From: Amoeboradix gromovi X-113
Lineage: Eukaryota; Fungi; Sanchytriomycota
DNA length: 7,152 nucleotides
Reading direction: 5' to 3'
Assembly: GCA_018985225.1 (NCBI GenBank)
Contig: JADGIF010000527.1
Coordinates: 1 to 7,152, forward strand
This document shows, in pieces, positions 7,036 to 7,152 of this stretch (position 1 is the stretch's first letter; every line of letters begins with the position of its first letter). Made by a program: the position numbers and the translations under genes. The notes under the pieces were generated by a model that made no database searches, was not told the origin of the DNA, and saw nothing but the letters and a program-made list of their open reading frames with translations.

Positions 7036-7152
7036 GCTACCATATGGTCTCTATATCCGAATGACAATTGGTACAAGTGTAGGTTTCTAAGTTGGTTTTC
7101 TTTAGAGTACCACACCTTGTACATGTCTGACTAGTAAATGATTCATTGCATT
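7011..7152 (-). pseudogene. C-terminal fragment of a TnpB/Fanzor (Fanzor2/IS607-like) RNA-guided nuclease; frameshifted and cut by the window edge
   Basis: The frame from 7150 reads CNESFTSQTCTRCGTLKKTNLETYTCTNCHSDI (family pattern E-x-[YF]-TS-x-x-CxxCG..CxxC). The neighbouring frame continues at 7052 with RDHMVARNICIKYL (RuvC-III pattern RDxNGARNI). The frameshift is at ~7052. Confidence 0.85.

Larger units (their letters stand above)
6889..7152 (-). mobile_element. Right-end portion of a Fanzor/TnpB-carrying transposon, possibly IS607-like
   Basis: Nuclease C-terminus plus structured 3' region giving way to unstructured AT-rich flank near 6886-6889. The left end and any transposase lie outside the window. 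Confidence 0.55.

Noticed and set aside
7071-7090. CAAGTGTAG resemblance to U2 snRNA, and the hairpin followed by ACA as an H/ACA snoRNA
   Set aside because: Lacks the GTAGTA branch-recognition sequence and U2 5' stem, has no convincing H box, and is explained by the Fanzor coding sequence on the other strand.
6894-7124. 76-aa minus-strand ORF as a stand-alone gene
   Set aside because: Its first 24 aa are an off-frame reading of the zinc ribbon. Only RDHMVARNICIKYL is recognisable, and the remainder overlies the structured RNA region.
1-7152. CRISPR array, tRNA/rRNA genes or an alternative genetic code
   Set aside because: No regularly spaced direct repeats or tRNA/rRNA signatures were seen. 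Conserved genes end at TAA and have no internal stops once the 20-nt introns are removed.

Overview
Compact, AT-rich eukaryotic DNA read in the standard genetic code, probably from an early-diverging fungus (fungal-type glucosylceramide synthase, eS21 and fimbrin). Gene order: a Nop9-like PUF-repeat protein with a novel N-terminus (-), an 89-aa paralog of that N-terminus (-), a divergent fimbrin (-), glucosylceramide synthase (+), a 90-aa membrane microprotein (+) and RPS21 (-). Two features are missed by the ORF track. (1) Fimbrin and the synthase are each completed by a GT-AG intron of exactly 20 nt. (2) The last ~260 nt carry, on the minus strand, the frameshifted C-terminus of a TnpB/Fanzor RNA-guided nuclease (zinc ribbon plus RuvC-III), followed by a multi-hairpin, possibly pseudoknotted, omega-RNA-like scaffold. 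This scaffold ends ~110 nt upstream of the RPS21 start codon, so its guide would be RPS21 upstream sequence. All calls come from manual reading and recalled motifs; no searches or folding were run.
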